64,000 bases of DNA from assembly GCA_951406725.2 (NCBI GenBank), contig OX597820.1, forward strand, positions 80,786,001 through 80,850,000, read 5' to 3'. The position numbers and the translations under genes were made by a program. The stretch is from Octopus vulgaris. Taxonomy: Eukaryota. Below, one piece after another: positions 1 to 64,000 of this stretch (the stretch's first letter is position 1; each line of letters opens with the position of its first letter). The notes beneath the pieces are model-generated. The model saw nothing but the letters and a program-made list of their open reading frames with translations, was not told the origin of the DNA and did no database searches.

Positions 1-63895
<63,895 letters not shown>

Positions 63896-64000
63896 GTACA
63901 TAGCATTCACTTTGCTTTCAAACGCCTATTGTACTAATAGAATATTATACATTCTTCTATTATGATATCGAAACATCATTTGAAAGCGCCTCTTTTATGA

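Overview
AT-rich, microsatellite- and transposon-laden eukaryotic DNA, most likely an octopus (coleoid cephalopod) given the tRNA-derived SINE family present; this taxon call is an inference. The window is the interior of one very large + strand gene whose start and stop lie outside the window. I read 57 homologous exons (the first is truncated at base 1). Of the 56 complete exons, 46 are exactly 174 nt and the other 10 are 159-186 nt. All lengths are multiples of 3 and all exons are bounded by phase-1 AG/GT introns. Each exon encodes one ~58-aa predicted three-helix repeat (K[TS]PxxLRxxLxxAxxxKDxxxLExxIxECxxxGxPELxxDxxxARxxLxxLGGGxG); together they give about 9.9 kb of frame, or ~3,300 aa. 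Exons alternate between type A (ECE..YPEL..DL.KAR..LGGGRG) and type B (EC[VI]A.G[MF]PELD.DI..AR). A higher-order four-exon period (B1-A-B2-A) is visible, and its newest copies form a near-identical 2,235-bp tandem array at the 3' end. 38 of 57 donors are G|GTTAG, so an unspliced exon reads Gly-stop. There is one break in A/B alternation and one decayed pseudo-exon. Introns carry mariner/Tc1, CR1-like, RTE-like, RLE-type and Penelope-like retroelement fragments, SINEs and several long inverted repeats. Most ORFs in the supplied track are exon read-throughs or microsatellite artefacts.
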